A stretch of DNA of 63,952 nt, counting the filler, from Candidatus Woesearchaeota archaeon (GTDB taxonomy: Archaea > Nanobdellota > Nanobdellia > Woesearchaeales > DATGWN01), in assembly GCA_047603125.1 (NCBI GenBank). It is 6 parts of 6 records of this genome, joined end to end, with 100 filler letters (N's around TTAATTAATTAA, not from the genome) between each part and the next. Parts side by side here need not be neighbours in the genome. Positions count along the whole stretch, not along the records: positions 13,038 to 25,952 come from JBLKOU010000031.1; positions 26,053 to 38,081 come from JBLKOU010000032.1; 4 more parts are not named here. One strand, given 5' to 3'. The notes beneath the pieces are model-generated. The model was given only the letters and a program-made list of their open reading frames with translations, was not told the origin of the DNA and ran no database searches. Made by a program: the position numbers and the translations under genes. Below are positions 21,565 through 30,914 of this stretch, piece after piece. Position 1 is the first letter of the stretch. The number at the start of each line of letters is the position of its first letter.

Positions 21565-21659
21565 GCGATAATACCTTGGCGTAAAATCACAAAAATGGGT
21601 GATTTATGCAGCCCATTTTTGGCAAATAGACAGCTGTCTTATGTTCGCCGTATTAACGC
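21565..21659 (-). repeat. Structured intergenic element, full copy (95 nt)
   Basis: Reverse strand GCGTTAATAC-GGCG...GACAGCTGTC...GCTGCATAAATC...CGCC-AAG-GTATTATCGC. Confidence 0.85.
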
Positions 21660-21703
21660 AAACTTTTGTTGTACACTACTATTAGGTTTTGTTCAAGAAG
21701 AGG

Positions 21704-21744
21704 AAAAAGAGCATCTTGGCGCAAAGTCAGAAAATTCAGTGATT
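21704..21744 (-). repeat. Structured element, 3' half only
   Basis: Reverse strand ...TTTGCGCC-AAG-ATGCTCTTTTT, resembling the 3' arms at 4236-4250 and 26230-26248. Confidence 0.55.
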
Positions 21745-21885
21745 GTTTGAAGACTTCTTTCAAACTTGAGGATGGAAATCCGAAAGAAACGTACTATACA
21801 CTCAAGTATCTATGTTTGGATACATAGATGTATTTGTATAAAAGTATTTAAACAAAATATTCAAAAAATTTACTTGGGGTGACAA

Positions 21886-22413
21886 ATGGTTGGAATAGTT
21901 AGTGTAAATCGGTTAAAAACCTTTGAGCGCTCAGTAAAAGAATCTTTTTCTAAAGTAAAAGATGAATTGACTGAACATTTGGATACTATTAATGAAAATA
22001 CTATTGAACTTCAATCCCATCAAGAACAATTAACGCTTCTCGAGCAAAAAATTGACAAGCTCACTGATAAATTTGATCAATTACTTTATGCTCTAGAGGG
22101 AAAGAAAAAAGAACAGCACACAATTGAGACGCTCACATTGCGTGAGCAAGAGGTGTTTGTTTGCTTATATTCCTTGGATGATGCACAGGGTCTGACATAT
22201 TTAGATATAGGACGCCGCACAGGGCTTCCAGAAGAGATGATTAAGTCATTGGTGAAATCTCTTATTAGTAAGGGAGTACCGCTTATTAAACGCTTTATTG
22301 AAGATCAGCTCTATATACAATTAGATGTTGAGTTTAAGTTACTTCAGACAAAAACAAATATTCTCGAATTAAATGAACAAATTGTCAAGCAAATGGTTCA
22401 ACAAGATTTATAA
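21886..22413 (+). CDS. Coiled-coil plus winged-HTH protein
   Basis: N-terminal heptads; LTLREQEVF...LTYLDIGRRTGL...LISKGVP; GGGGTGA SD. Confidence 0.8.
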   Translation: MVGIVSVNRLKTFERSVKESFSKVKDELTEHLDTINENTIELQSHQEQLTLLEQKIDKLTDKFDQLLYALEGKKKEQHTIETLTLREQEVFVCLYSLDDAQGLTYLDIGRRTGLPEEMIKSLVKSLISKGVPLIKRFIEDQLYIQLDVEFKLLQTKTNILELNEQIVKQMVQQDL

Positions 22414-22440
22414 ATAGTTAGAATTTCTTCACACATACAA

Positions 22441-22512
22441 GCACTGGTAGTACAATGGTTAGTATTCGGGCCTTCCAAGCCTGTGATCCGGGTTCGAATC
22501 CCGGCCGGTGCA
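22441..22512 (+). tRNA. tRNA-Gly (TCC)
   Basis: Cloverleaf with GCACTGG/CCGGTGC acceptor, CTTCCAA anticodon loop, GTTCGAATC T loop; no encoded CCA. Confidence 0.95.
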
Positions 22513-22585
22513 TTGTTTTTTTCGGGATTCGAACATTCTACGACTAAAGTCTTGAAGTTTGTGTTTGTTCATACAAACAGCAAAC

Positions 22586-22610
22586 AATCCCGGCCGGTGC
22601 ATTGTTTTTT
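22586..22610 (+). repeat. Exact 25-bp duplication of the tRNA-Gly 3' end (att-like)
   Basis: AATCCCGGCCGGTGCATTGTTTTTT, also at 22497-22521. Confidence 0.9.
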
Positions 22611-22631
22611 GGGGTTATCGAATACTATTTA

Positions 22632-23222
22632 CTAAACCCTGCGCTGATATGCTTCCATTGCATCAATAAATGTTGGAAATTCACGGGCAATGGCACGTGA
22701 AAGGGATCCATCAATTTTTCGTACAGATTCATAAAATTCCATAGGATCTGATAAATCAATACGTCCGTGTATTGCTGCAAGACCATTGAGAACTTGTTCT
22801 TTTGAGCGATATTGTGTAGAATCATGGGTTGGTATGATAACAACTTCTTCTTTTTTTCCGTTTCTTTTATTTCTTTGTCTTGTCTGAAGTTTATTAGGTC
22901 TTGAAGCGGGTTTTTGAACAGGTGGCGTATATTCAGGCAAAGGCTTCTCATACTTTAAGGGTTCGCCTGTGGCTACTTGATGTACATAGTCTGCAAAATC
23001 TTCTGCGCCTATTTTATCAAAACTCTTTGCGATTTCTTTTAAGTATTCGGGAAGATTGTCTCGAATTTTTGGATATTCTTGTAAAGCCATGTAATCTTTT
23101 GGTCGTATGCGACGAAACGTTTCGACTGTGAATCGTTCATTTCTGTCTTGGCATCGTAGCAAGGTATGTATGAGACCTGAGCGAATAGTATGCTCAAAAT
23201 TTAGTTGTTCTTCAAGTTCCAT
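22632..23222 (-). CDS. Hypothetical protein
   Basis: 196-aa ORF with a P/K-rich central linker; TATA-like sequence upstream. Confidence 0.65.
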   Translation of the reverse strand: MELEEQLNFEHTIRSGLIHTLLRCQDRNERFTVETFRRIRPKDYMALQEYPKIRDNLPEYLKEIAKSFDKIGAEDFADYVHQVATGEPLKYEKPLPEYTPPVQKPASRPNKLQTRQRNKRNGKKEEVVIIPTHDSTQYRSKEQVLNGLAAIHGRIDLSDPMEFYESVRKIDGSLSRAIAREFPTFIDAMEAYQRRV

Positions 23223-23298
23223 AGTTAGGGGTGCTTAAGAGGTTTTTTATAAAATTATGGGTCTTTTTTACAAGAAAATAGTCGACGACATTAATTTC

Positions 23299-23392
23299 GC
23301 ATAACTCGGCGATTTCACGACAGCTGTCAAGTTTGCAAAATCAGAGCTGCATGAATCGCTCTGATTTTTGATTTTACGCCAAGGAGTTATGC
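23299..23392 (+). repeat. Structured intergenic element, full copy (94 nt)
   Basis: GCATAACTC-GGCG...GACAGCTGTC...GCTGCATGAATC...CGCC-AAG-GAGTTATGC. Confidence 0.9.
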
Positions 23393-23458
23393 TTTTCTTT
23401 TGCCGCTAACTAAAACATCGATATATTTATATAATAAAAATATCAAAAAACACGTACA

Positions 23459-23911
23459 ATGTATCAAGGTGAACAGACGGGAATGTCTCCTTTCTTTCGG
23501 GTTCAAACACATGCCGACCCAACACATATACTAACAGCGCATGCAATTACTCTTTTCGAACAACTTCGAGAGCTTACTCATGGAGATTTTTATGATTTTT
23601 TGCCCGTAAAACAGCCAAAATCGTTTACTGAATGGAAAATTCACCCTGTGTGTGCTCATGATATGCTTGTTGCATCTTCTTCTCTTGAACAACAATTACG
23701 AAGAGAAATTCTTGCAGGAAATACTATTCAAAAGCCACATCTTGTTCAAGGAGTTTGGGTTCCTGCAGATCAACTTAACTATGCATTTCAAACATTTGCT
23801 CGAGATTTAACACAAGAAAATGGAATCCGTCCACGAAGAATTGAATCTGCACTTCATCATTTATCTAATCCGAAGGTTCCTTACTCTGTAAGCGGTATAC
23901 CCTATCATTGA
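23459..23911 (+). CDS. Hypothetical protein
   Basis: 150-aa ORF with TTTATATA box upstream. Confidence 0.6.
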   Translation: MYQGEQTGMSPFFRVQTHADPTHILTAHAITLFEQLRELTHGDFYDFLPVKQPKSFTEWKIHPVCAHDMLVASSSLEQQLRREILAGNTIQKPHLVQGVWVPADQLNYAFQTFARDLTQENGIRPRRIESALHHLSNPKVPYSVSGIPYH

Positions 23912-25878
23912 GTCTGTTCTTGTAATACGACCACACCATATGGCGCAATCTGACTTAAGACGACTTCTCTGTCAAGTACTTCAAACTGCGTGCTTGGTTG
24001 ATTGAGTAAAACAAGTGGATAGGAAACAAGTCCAAGACCGGAATATTCAAATAAATCGCTATTAAGAACCACTGAATACGGATTTTTTGTTCGCACACCA
24101 ACCTTATAATTATAATGATTCCAGGAAGTGAGATTAATAACAATAACATAGCGTGTTTGTTTTCCTTTATACTCACTGCTTCGCTCAACAACGAGTATTT
24201 TATTTTGCTCATCCACATTGAGAACTCGTCTATTCTTTGTAAACTGTGGCCAGAATGCAGGGTCGTCCATGAGCTGATTTACTGCTTGCTTATATGCAAC
24301 CATGTTTTTGTTGCATTGTGTAAATGTTAAGAACCATTGAATAGAGCTGTCATGTTCAAATGTTCCTTTTTGCAGTAAAAATGTTTGGATTAAATCAAGT
24401 GTTCTTCCTTCTCCCAGAAACGAAATGATTGCCTCCATAACTTTTATTTTCCCAATCGCATGCAAGTGGTTATGAGGTTGTTTATGTGTCATAGTGTCAT
24501 ACGCATATGAACCTGTTGCACGTTCGTGCATAAGACCAGCGGCAGCATCATGATTGTGAAAATCGCTAATTGTACTATTTGATTGACCCCACTCCATCTC
24601 ATCAATGATGTGTTTAAACTTCCAAGCACTGACTTTTTTTCCATCCATGAGCATATAGACTGTGTGAAAATAATAGGCTAAGCGAGAATTTGTATATGCT
24701 GTTGCCCCCAGTGCACGAGTGTCTTGATCAAAGGGTATGACTAATAGTTTTGCATTATCTTCATGAAAGTAATGTGCTTCTAAGTGAATGAGTGCAAGAG
24801 GATTATAGTCATAAATTTCTTTGTGTAATTGCCGTAAAAATGTTCTTCCATGTGGTCGTTCTTGCTCATCCCCATTGACTCCATAACGTAAAATTCCATC
24901 GACATTATCGATTCTTAAGCCATCTATTTTATAGCGATCAAGAAAATGAAGACAACTTGCCACCATAAAATCACGAACATGGGGATTGTCATAATCAATT
25001 CGCATTGTCCCCCAAGATGTTTCTTCTTTCATAAAGAGTCTTGTTCCATGGCGATTAACCCAGCACTGAATACCGTTTTTCTCACCATCATGACCAAATA
25101 TGCGATAATCTTTAAATGGCAAATGTCCAATAACAAAATCTCCAATGACGGCAATACCATTTTTATGGAACATATCAATCATGTATGCAAAATCATCCGG
25201 TGTCCCCCAGTTTTTTTGAATAGCAAATTGAAATGGAACAAGGTAACGATATTTCCAATTATCACCATCAATGTTTTGCGCAAATGGTAAGAATTGAACG
25301 GTATTAAACCCTAATTCTTTAATGTGTTCTATAATTCCACTATCTGCAATAAATCGGTAATAGTTTTTTTGTTCAATATCGCGACCCAATACACCCTTTT
25401 TATCTGCCCAATGAACTAATAAACCAGGAAGATCTGTTTGCAACACTTTTGTTGCACGTGTTACTGTATCAACAAAGGGATGAACTTGTTTGTAGCTTCG
25501 AGGATCATCAAAATCCCAAAAAATGGTGTTTCCATGATCATCAAAATAATACCCTGCTGGATCTTGCATATATTCTTGCGTTCCATGGGAGCAAACAAGA
25601 AGTTTATATGGTGTTTGATGTGTTAATGCCGTTGTTTGCAAGCTTGCATACACCGAATGCTCATCAGCTATGAGTTTGTATGCGTCTCTATCTTTATTTC
25701 CCCAATCATTAAAAGGTCCGACAAGATATACTTGCGTTTTTGGATTGTCTATAAGAACAGTAATTTGTGTTTTATACGCTCGTTTTTGCTTTCGTTCTAA
25801 TACAACAACTCCAACATGACTTTGATAATTCTTTTTTTTTGGCGCACAACCAATTGCCGCTTCCCATTGATATTGCAT
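23905..25878 (-). CDS. GH13 1,4-alpha-glucan branching enzyme-like protein
   Basis: CBM48-like LVGPFNDW; DGLRIDNV nucleophile, HLEAH acid/base, NHD motif. Confidence 0.85.
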   Translation of the reverse strand: MQYQWEAAIGCAPKKKNYQSHVGVVVLERKQKRAYKTQITVLIDNPKTQVYLVGPFNDWGNKDRDAYKLIADEHSVYASLQTTALTHQTPYKLLVCSHGTQEYMQDPAGYYFDDHGNTIFWDFDDPRSYKQVHPFVDTVTRATKVLQTDLPGLLVHWADKKGVLGRDIEQKNYYRFIADSGIIEHIKELGFNTVQFLPFAQNIDGDNWKYRYLVPFQFAIQKNWGTPDDFAYMIDMFHKNGIAVIGDFVIGHLPFKDYRIFGHDGEKNGIQCWVNRHGTRLFMKEETSWGTMRIDYDNPHVRDFMVASCLHFLDRYKIDGLRIDNVDGILRYGVNGDEQERPHGRTFLRQLHKEIYDYNPLALIHLEAHYFHEDNAKLLVIPFDQDTRALGATAYTNSRLAYYFHTVYMLMDGKKVSAWKFKHIIDEMEWGQSNSTISDFHNHDAAAGLMHERATGSYAYDTMTHKQPHNHLHAIGKIKVMEAIISFLGEGRTLDLIQTFLLQKGTFEHDSSIQWFLTFTQCNKNMVAYKQAVNQLMDDPAFWPQFTKNRRVLNVDEQNKILVVERSSEYKGKQTRYVIVINLTSWNHYNYKVGVRTKNPYSVVLNSDLFEYSGLGLVSYPLVLLNQPSTQFEVLDREVVLSQIAPYGVVVLQEQTQ

Positions 25879-25952
25879 CTATGTTAAACCTCGCATGTTT
25901 TTATAGCTTTTCATTTTTTGTTTGTATTTTTCCAAATACCTCTCACAAAAGA

Positions 25953-26052
25953 NNNNNNNNNNNNNNNNNNNNNNNNNNNNNNNNNNNNNNNNNNNNTTAA
26001 TTAATTAANNNNNNNNNNNNNNNNNNNNNNNNNNNNNNNNNNNNNNNNNNNN
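25953..26052. other. Artificial contig spacer
   Basis: N run with TTAATTAATTAA core. Confidence 0.98.
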
Positions 26053-26207
26053 ATCCCTGTCATTTTTTATCACCAATTATAGTTTTTTAAACTATAATAA
26101 AAAATGCGGGGTTTAACATACAATCATAGTTGGACGTTTTTTGTGCGTCCTTATTAATGTTCGTATTTTTTGGAAAAAACTCTCGTTTCATCTACTAATT
26201 GCTTTTC

Positions 26208-26248
26208 AAAAAAGAGCACGCAGATCTGGCTGCAAGGTGCTCTTTTTT
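26208..26248 (+). repeat. Structured intergenic element, minimal copy
   Basis: AAAAAAGAGCAC-GCAG-ATCTGG-CTGC-AAG-GTGCTCTTTTTT. Confidence 0.7.
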
Positions 26249-26310
26249 CTTATTTTTTTAATGGAGTTAAAAACTCCGGATTTGTGTAAAAAATCGAATT
26301 TTTATTTTAC

Positions 26311-26405
26311 AGCAATATTACGATTAATTCAGACTCGCGTATCTTGCCGACGAGGCGCTGCATAAATCGCGCCATGTCGTAATGAGGCATCAAGGTAATA
26401 TTGCT
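26311..26405 (+). repeat. Structured intergenic element, divergent full copy (95 nt)
   Basis: AGCAATATTAC-GAT...GCTGCATAAATCGC...ATC-AAG-GTAATATTGCT. Confidence 0.8.
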
Positions 26406-26477
26406 TACTTCTTTTAATTTTTACACAAACCCAAAACCTCCTTAACATTTTTAAAGACTAGCGAATGTGCCATTTCT

Positions 26478-28667
26478 ATGTCCTATGAATTAATCATTAC
26501 AGAGAAACCATCCGCAGCTGAAAAAATTGCACACGCCCTTGCAGATCTCAAACCAGATAAAAAACGCGAGGGACAAGTAAGTTATTATGAAATTACACAT
26601 AATAAAAAACCAATTATTGTTGCCTGTGCAGTAGGACATTTATACACAGTAACTGAAAAAGAAAAATCTAAAGGGTGGACATATCCAATTTTTGATTTGA
26701 AATGGGAACAATCCTCCAAAGTCAATAAAGGTTCTGCGTTTACTTCTAAATATGTTTCTGTTATTAAAAAATTAGCAAAGGATGCAAATGAGTTTACGGT
26801 TGCAACAGATTATGATATTGAGGGGGAAGTGATTGGTTTAATGTGTGTTCAGTTTGCGTGTAAGCAAAAAGATGCAAATAGGATGAAGTTTTCAACTTTA
26901 ACAAAGCCTGATTTAATAAAAGCATATCAACAAAAAGCAAAAACACTTAATTGGGGACAAGCCCTTGCAGGAAAAACACGTCATGAACTGGATTGGTATT
27001 ATGGTATTAATTTAAGTCGTGCATTGTCTCTTGCGATTCGAAGTGCTGGTCAGTTTAAAATTCTCTCTTCTGGTCGTGTACAAGGTCCAGCATTAAAAAT
27101 CTTAGTCGACAAGGAAAAAGAAATTTCAGCCTTTGTCAGTGAACCTTATTGGCAGATTGAACTCTATTCAAAAAAAAACAATCAAGAAATTATTGCATTA
27201 TATACGGAAGAGAAAGTATTTGATAAAGAAAAAGCACAAAACGTGTATCAAACATGTAAAGATGCAAAAGAAGCAATTGTCCAAGACGTTCAAACGACAC
27301 AATTTAAACAGCAACCTCCAACTCCTTTTGATTTAACATCGCTTCAAGTAGAAAACCACCGTGTTCATAAGATAACGCCAAAAGTTACGCTCTCACTTGC
27401 TCAAGATTTATACATTAATGGATTTATTTCTTATCCGCGAACATCTTCACAAAAATTGCCAAAAGAAATTGGTTATACAAAAATTCTCAAAGAACTTTCT
27501 CGCCAGAGTCAATATATGGAATTGACAAATAAGCTATTAGCGCAAAAGACGCTTAAACCAAACGAAGGAAAAAAAACCGATGACGCGCACCCGGCAATTT
27601 ATCCGACTGGTCTTGTTCCTCAAAAGTTAACCGCACAACACCTCAAACTCTATGATTTAATCGTTCGCCGATTTTTAGCAGTGTTTGGTGAGCCTGCAAC
27701 GCGTGAGCGTATGAGTGCAAAATTAGAGGCAAATACAATTTCATTTTTAACAAAAGGAGTGCATACAGTTGAAAAAGGATGGCACGAATATTATGGGAAG
27801 TTTGCAATGTTTGAGGAAACAACATTGCCTGATTTAACAGTTGGTGAGAAATTACCGGTAGTAAAAATTGAAAAACAAGAAAAACAAACAAAGCCACCAA
27901 AACGATATACTGCTTCTTCTATTATTAAAGAATTAGAAAAGCAAAATTTAGGGACAAAGGCAACACGCTCAGCAATTGTTGAAAATTTATATGATCGGGG
28001 ATATGTGAATGAAAAATCAATACAGGCAACTGATATTGGTATAAAAACATGTGATATTTTGCAACAATATTGTCCGAAAATAATTGATCCGGCACTAACT
28101 CGTCAATTTGAAGATGAAATGGAGGATATTCGAACGCAAAAAACAACGCCTCAAAAAGTACTTGATCATTCAAAAGAGATTTTAAGTGACATCTTAACAG
28201 ATTTTAAGAAAAAAGAAAAGGATATTGGAAAGGCACTCTTGAATGCAACACGAGAAACTGTAGAGCAATTAACAACGATTGGACCTTGTCCTGTTTGTAA
28301 AGAAGGGACACTAAAAATAAAACGTGGGAAATTTGGTGAGTTCATTGCATGTGATAACTATCCTGACTGTAAGTCAACATATTCAATTCCAAAGGGGGTA
28401 AAGGCAAAACCAACTGAGCAAGTAAGCGAACAAGGAGATCCTATTGTAGAATTTGTTAAAGCTCGTTCAAAACCGGAGATGGTGACATTGACTGCACAAA
28501 TGCTTGGTTCAAAAAAAGTTGAAAAACTTAAAAAGAAATGTCCTACTTGTAAAACAGGTGATCTGCTCAAGCGCTCTTCGTATCGGGGAGAATTTATCGG
28601 TTGCTCAAATTATCCTAAATGTACGTATACTGAACAGATTGCAGTAGAGAAAAAAAAAGATGAATAG
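26478..28667 (+). CDS. topA: DNA topoisomerase IA
   Basis: ITEKPS, ATDYDIEG TOPRIM, SGRVQ, ISYPRT catalytic Tyr, two C4 zinc ribbons. Confidence 0.97.
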   Translation: MSYELIITEKPSAAEKIAHALADLKPDKKREGQVSYYEITHNKKPIIVACAVGHLYTVTEKEKSKGWTYPIFDLKWEQSSKVNKGSAFTSKYVSVIKKLAKDANEFTVATDYDIEGEVIGLMCVQFACKQKDANRMKFSTLTKPDLIKAYQQKAKTLNWGQALAGKTRHELDWYYGINLSRALSLAIRSAGQFKILSSGRVQGPALKILVDKEKEISAFVSEPYWQIELYSKKNNQEIIALYTEEKVFDKEKAQNVYQTCKDAKEAIVQDVQTTQFKQQPPTPFDLTSLQVENHRVHKITPKVTLSLAQDLYINGFISYPRTSSQKLPKEIGYTKILKELSRQSQYMELTNKLLAQKTLKPNEGKKTDDAHPAIYPTGLVPQKLTAQHLKLYDLIVRRFLAVFGEPATRERMSAKLEANTISFLTKGVHTVEKGWHEYYGKFAMFEETTLPDLTVGEKLPVVKIEKQEKQTKPPKRYTASSIIKELEKQNLGTKATRSAIVENLYDRGYVNEKSIQATDIGIKTCDILQQYCPKIIDPALTRQFEDEMEDIRTQKTTPQKVLDHSKEILSDILTDFKKKEKDIGKALLNATRETVEQLTTIGPCPVCKEGTLKIKRGKFGEFIACDNYPDCKSTYSIPKGVKAKPTEQVSEQGDPIVEFVKARSKPEMVTLTAQMLGSKKVEKLKKKCPTCKTGDLLKRSSYRGEFIGCSNYPKCTYTEQIAVEKKKDE

Positions 28668-29160
28668 AACACAATCAATTATAGGCATTTGGCATGTGCT
28701 AATAATTCTCGGTTTATTGATTCCTTTTATGATTGCGGTAATGGTGACTTCTTTTTATGTCTATTCAGTGTATAGTCCCCTCTGCGGTTGTCACATTCCA
28801 CTGTGGCTTATTATTATTGTTTTATCTATTAGTGGAATTCTTATTGGCACATTAACTTATTATATTTTAACAAAAAATCGTCTTAAAGAGAAAAGTATGG
28901 ATGCACAAGCAATTTTTTCCTTGCTGAGTCTGCTCGACAAAACACAACTTCTTATCTTAAAAGAACTTGTTTTGGCAAAAGGGCAGCTGACACAGAGTAC
29001 ACTACGAAAAAAAACTCAGGTGGACAAAGTGAAGCTGTCTCGTGCACTTAAGCAATTAGAGCAAAAAGAGATTATACAAAAGACTCAGAAAGGGATGACA
29101 AATACTATCAAATTAGACCTCCAAATTCTTACTGTTTTAGAGGGTTGTTTCAATAAATGA
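28660..29160 (+). CDS. Membrane-anchored winged-HTH regulator
   Basis: Two TM helices with a CGCH loop; C-terminal wHTH (QSTLRKKT...KVKLSRALKQLE). Confidence 0.8.
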   Translation: MNRTQSIIGIWHVLIILGLLIPFMIAVMVTSFYVYSVYSPLCGCHIPLWLIIIVLSISGILIGTLTYYILTKNRLKEKSMDAQAIFSLLSLLDKTQLLILKELVLAKGQLTQSTLRKKTQVDKVKLSRALKQLEQKEIIQKTQKGMTNTIKLDLQILTVLEGCFNK

Positions 29161-29198
29161 AACAAATATTTAAAAAGGGTTGTGACATACTCCCATAC

Positions 29199-30089
29199 AT
29201 GAAAAAGATATTGTTGCTTGCGTTATTCCTTTTGCTTGCGACTCAGCTAAGTTTTGCAGACCAAGAGATCATTGATGTTCCTCTTATTGGTGAATATGAT
29301 GTTTCCCAGGTACCACTGCTTGTGAGTACAATATTGATTGCAGCAGTGGACGGGGTGAATCCGTGTTCCATTTGGGTTTTATTATTCTTATTAGGTATGG
29401 TTCTTCATACTGGTTCTCGAAGAAAAATTTTACTTGTTGGTTCAGTATTTTTGCTTGTTACGGCAACAATATATGGAGTTTTTATTGCAGGCGTTTTTAC
29501 TATTTTTACCTTTATGAATCAAATTCAATGGATTATTTATATTGTCGCAGGTCTCGCGTTACTATTTGGAATTGTGAATATAAAAGATTATTTTTGGTTT
29601 AAAAAAGGTTTGAGTTTTACTATTTCTGACAAATATAAACCGAAACTTTTCAAACAAGCAAGAGGTCTGATAAAAACTGATAACACTTGGTTTTTAATAG
29701 GTGCTACAATCGTTATGGCTGCAGGAATTGCTATTATTGAATTACCATGTACGGCAGGTTTACCTGTTATTTGGTCTGGCTTACTTGCAAGTTCACAAGA
29801 GCAGATTCCGTTTTTATTATACTTATTTGTGTATGTCTTTATTTATTTACTTATTGAAATAATCATACTGGTAAGTGTTGTGATAACACTGCGCTCGATA
29901 AAAATGGATGAATTTAAAGGTCGCGCGCTCAAACTTATTGGAGGGGTTTTGATTACAGCCTTAGCAATTATTTTGCTTTGGGATAGAACACTCATGTATA
30001 GTATTGGTTCAGTATTTGCTATTATTTTTGGAGCTTTACTCATAAGTATCCTTATTATTGCAGGAGAGATACTTTGGAGGAGAAGATGA
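29199..30089 (+). CDS. CcdA/DsbD-beta-like transmembrane disulfide transporter
   Basis: About 7 TM helices plus signal-like N-terminus; two Pro-Cys motifs (DGVNPCS, IELPCTAG). Confidence 0.8.
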   Translation: MKKILLLALFLLLATQLSFADQEIIDVPLIGEYDVSQVPLLVSTILIAAVDGVNPCSIWVLLFLLGMVLHTGSRRKILLVGSVFLLVTATIYGVFIAGVFTIFTFMNQIQWIIYIVAGLALLFGIVNIKDYFWFKKGLSFTISDKYKPKLFKQARGLIKTDNTWFLIGATIVMAAGIAIIELPCTAGLPVIWSGLLASSQEQIPFLLYLFVYVFIYLLIEIIILVSVVITLRSIKMDEFKGRALKLIGGVLITALAIILLWDRTLMYSIGSVFAIIFGALLISILIIAGEILWRRR

Positions 30090-30454
30090 GTTTACCAAAA
30101 GATCGATTATATAATACAGATAGTACTTGGGTTATTGAAAAAGATGGTGTTGCGACACTAGGAATGGTTCAAGAGTCAGTTGACAAAGCACAAGATATAG
30201 TGTTTATTAATTTACCAAAAAAGAATGATCAATTAACAATTGGTAAAACATATGTCAGTGTGGAGTCGGTTAAATGGTCGGGAGAATTAGAGAGTCCGGT
30301 CTCGGGAGAGGTTGTTCAAGTAAATGATGTGCTCTTTGATCAGCCAGAACTTTTAAATCAAGATTCATACATAAACTGGATAGTCAAGGTTCGTGTAGAA
30401 AAAAAAGATACCTTATATGAGGCAAACGATGTACAAAATAAATATACAAAATAA
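30086..30454 (+). CDS. Glycine cleavage H-like lipoyl carrier protein
   Basis: VESVK lipoyl-lysine motif, SPVSGEVVQVN, PELLNQDSY..WI. Confidence 0.9.
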   Translation: MSLPKDRLYNTDSTWVIEKDGVATLGMVQESVDKAQDIVFINLPKKNDQLTIGKTYVSVESVKWSGELESPVSGEVVQVNDVLFDQPELLNQDSYINWIVKVRVEKKDTLYEANDVQNKYTK

Positions 30455-30464
30455 AAAACAAACA

Positions 30465-30914
30465 ATGCGTTTTCACTTATTCTTATTACTTGTAATAAGC
30501 GTTTTTGTCATGAGTGCATGCCAGTCACCAACTGGAAATGTTACAGGCAATCAACAAAATGATTATAATCTGACATCCTTGATAGAGACAATGGAGCAAA
30601 ATGAAGACAAGGTACAAGTGTATTACTTCTATGGTGAAACATGTCCTTTCTGTCAACAGCAAAGACCTGTGTTAGAACAATTAGAGCAAGAATATGACAT
30701 TCAAGTACACTGGTTTGAAGTATATTCGAGCCGTGAAAATCAGCAATTGTGGAGAGAAGTAGCAGATATTTATCAAACACAAGCGCGAGGAGTTCCCATG
30801 ACATTTATTGGAGACGAGTATTGGAGTGGATTTAATAATAGAGTTGCACAAGAGCTTGAGCAAAAAATACGTGAGTGTTTAGATGTAGGATGTGAGGATT
30901 TACTACAACAATGA
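30465..30914 (+). CDS. Thioredoxin/glutaredoxin-fold lipoprotein
   Basis: Signal with MSAC lipobox, CPFC active site, GVP cis-Pro motif. Confidence 0.85.
   Translation: MRFHLFLLLVISVFVMSACQSPTGNVTGNQQNDYNLTSLIETMEQNEDKVQVYYFYGETCPFCQQQRPVLEQLEQEYDIQVHWFEVYSSRENQQLWREVADIYQTQARGVPMTFIGDEYWSGFNNRVAQELEQKIRECLDVGCEDLLQQ

Noticed and set aside
23299..23392. Integron attC site (GCATAAC...GTTATGC ends)
   Set aside because: Other family members lack the AAC/GTT core, copies are not in a cassette array, and no integrase is present
30086..30454. Complete glycine cleavage system
   Set aside because: Only the H-like protein is present; no P or T protein, and the flavoprotein lacks the CxxxxC motif of dihydrolipoamide dehydrogenase
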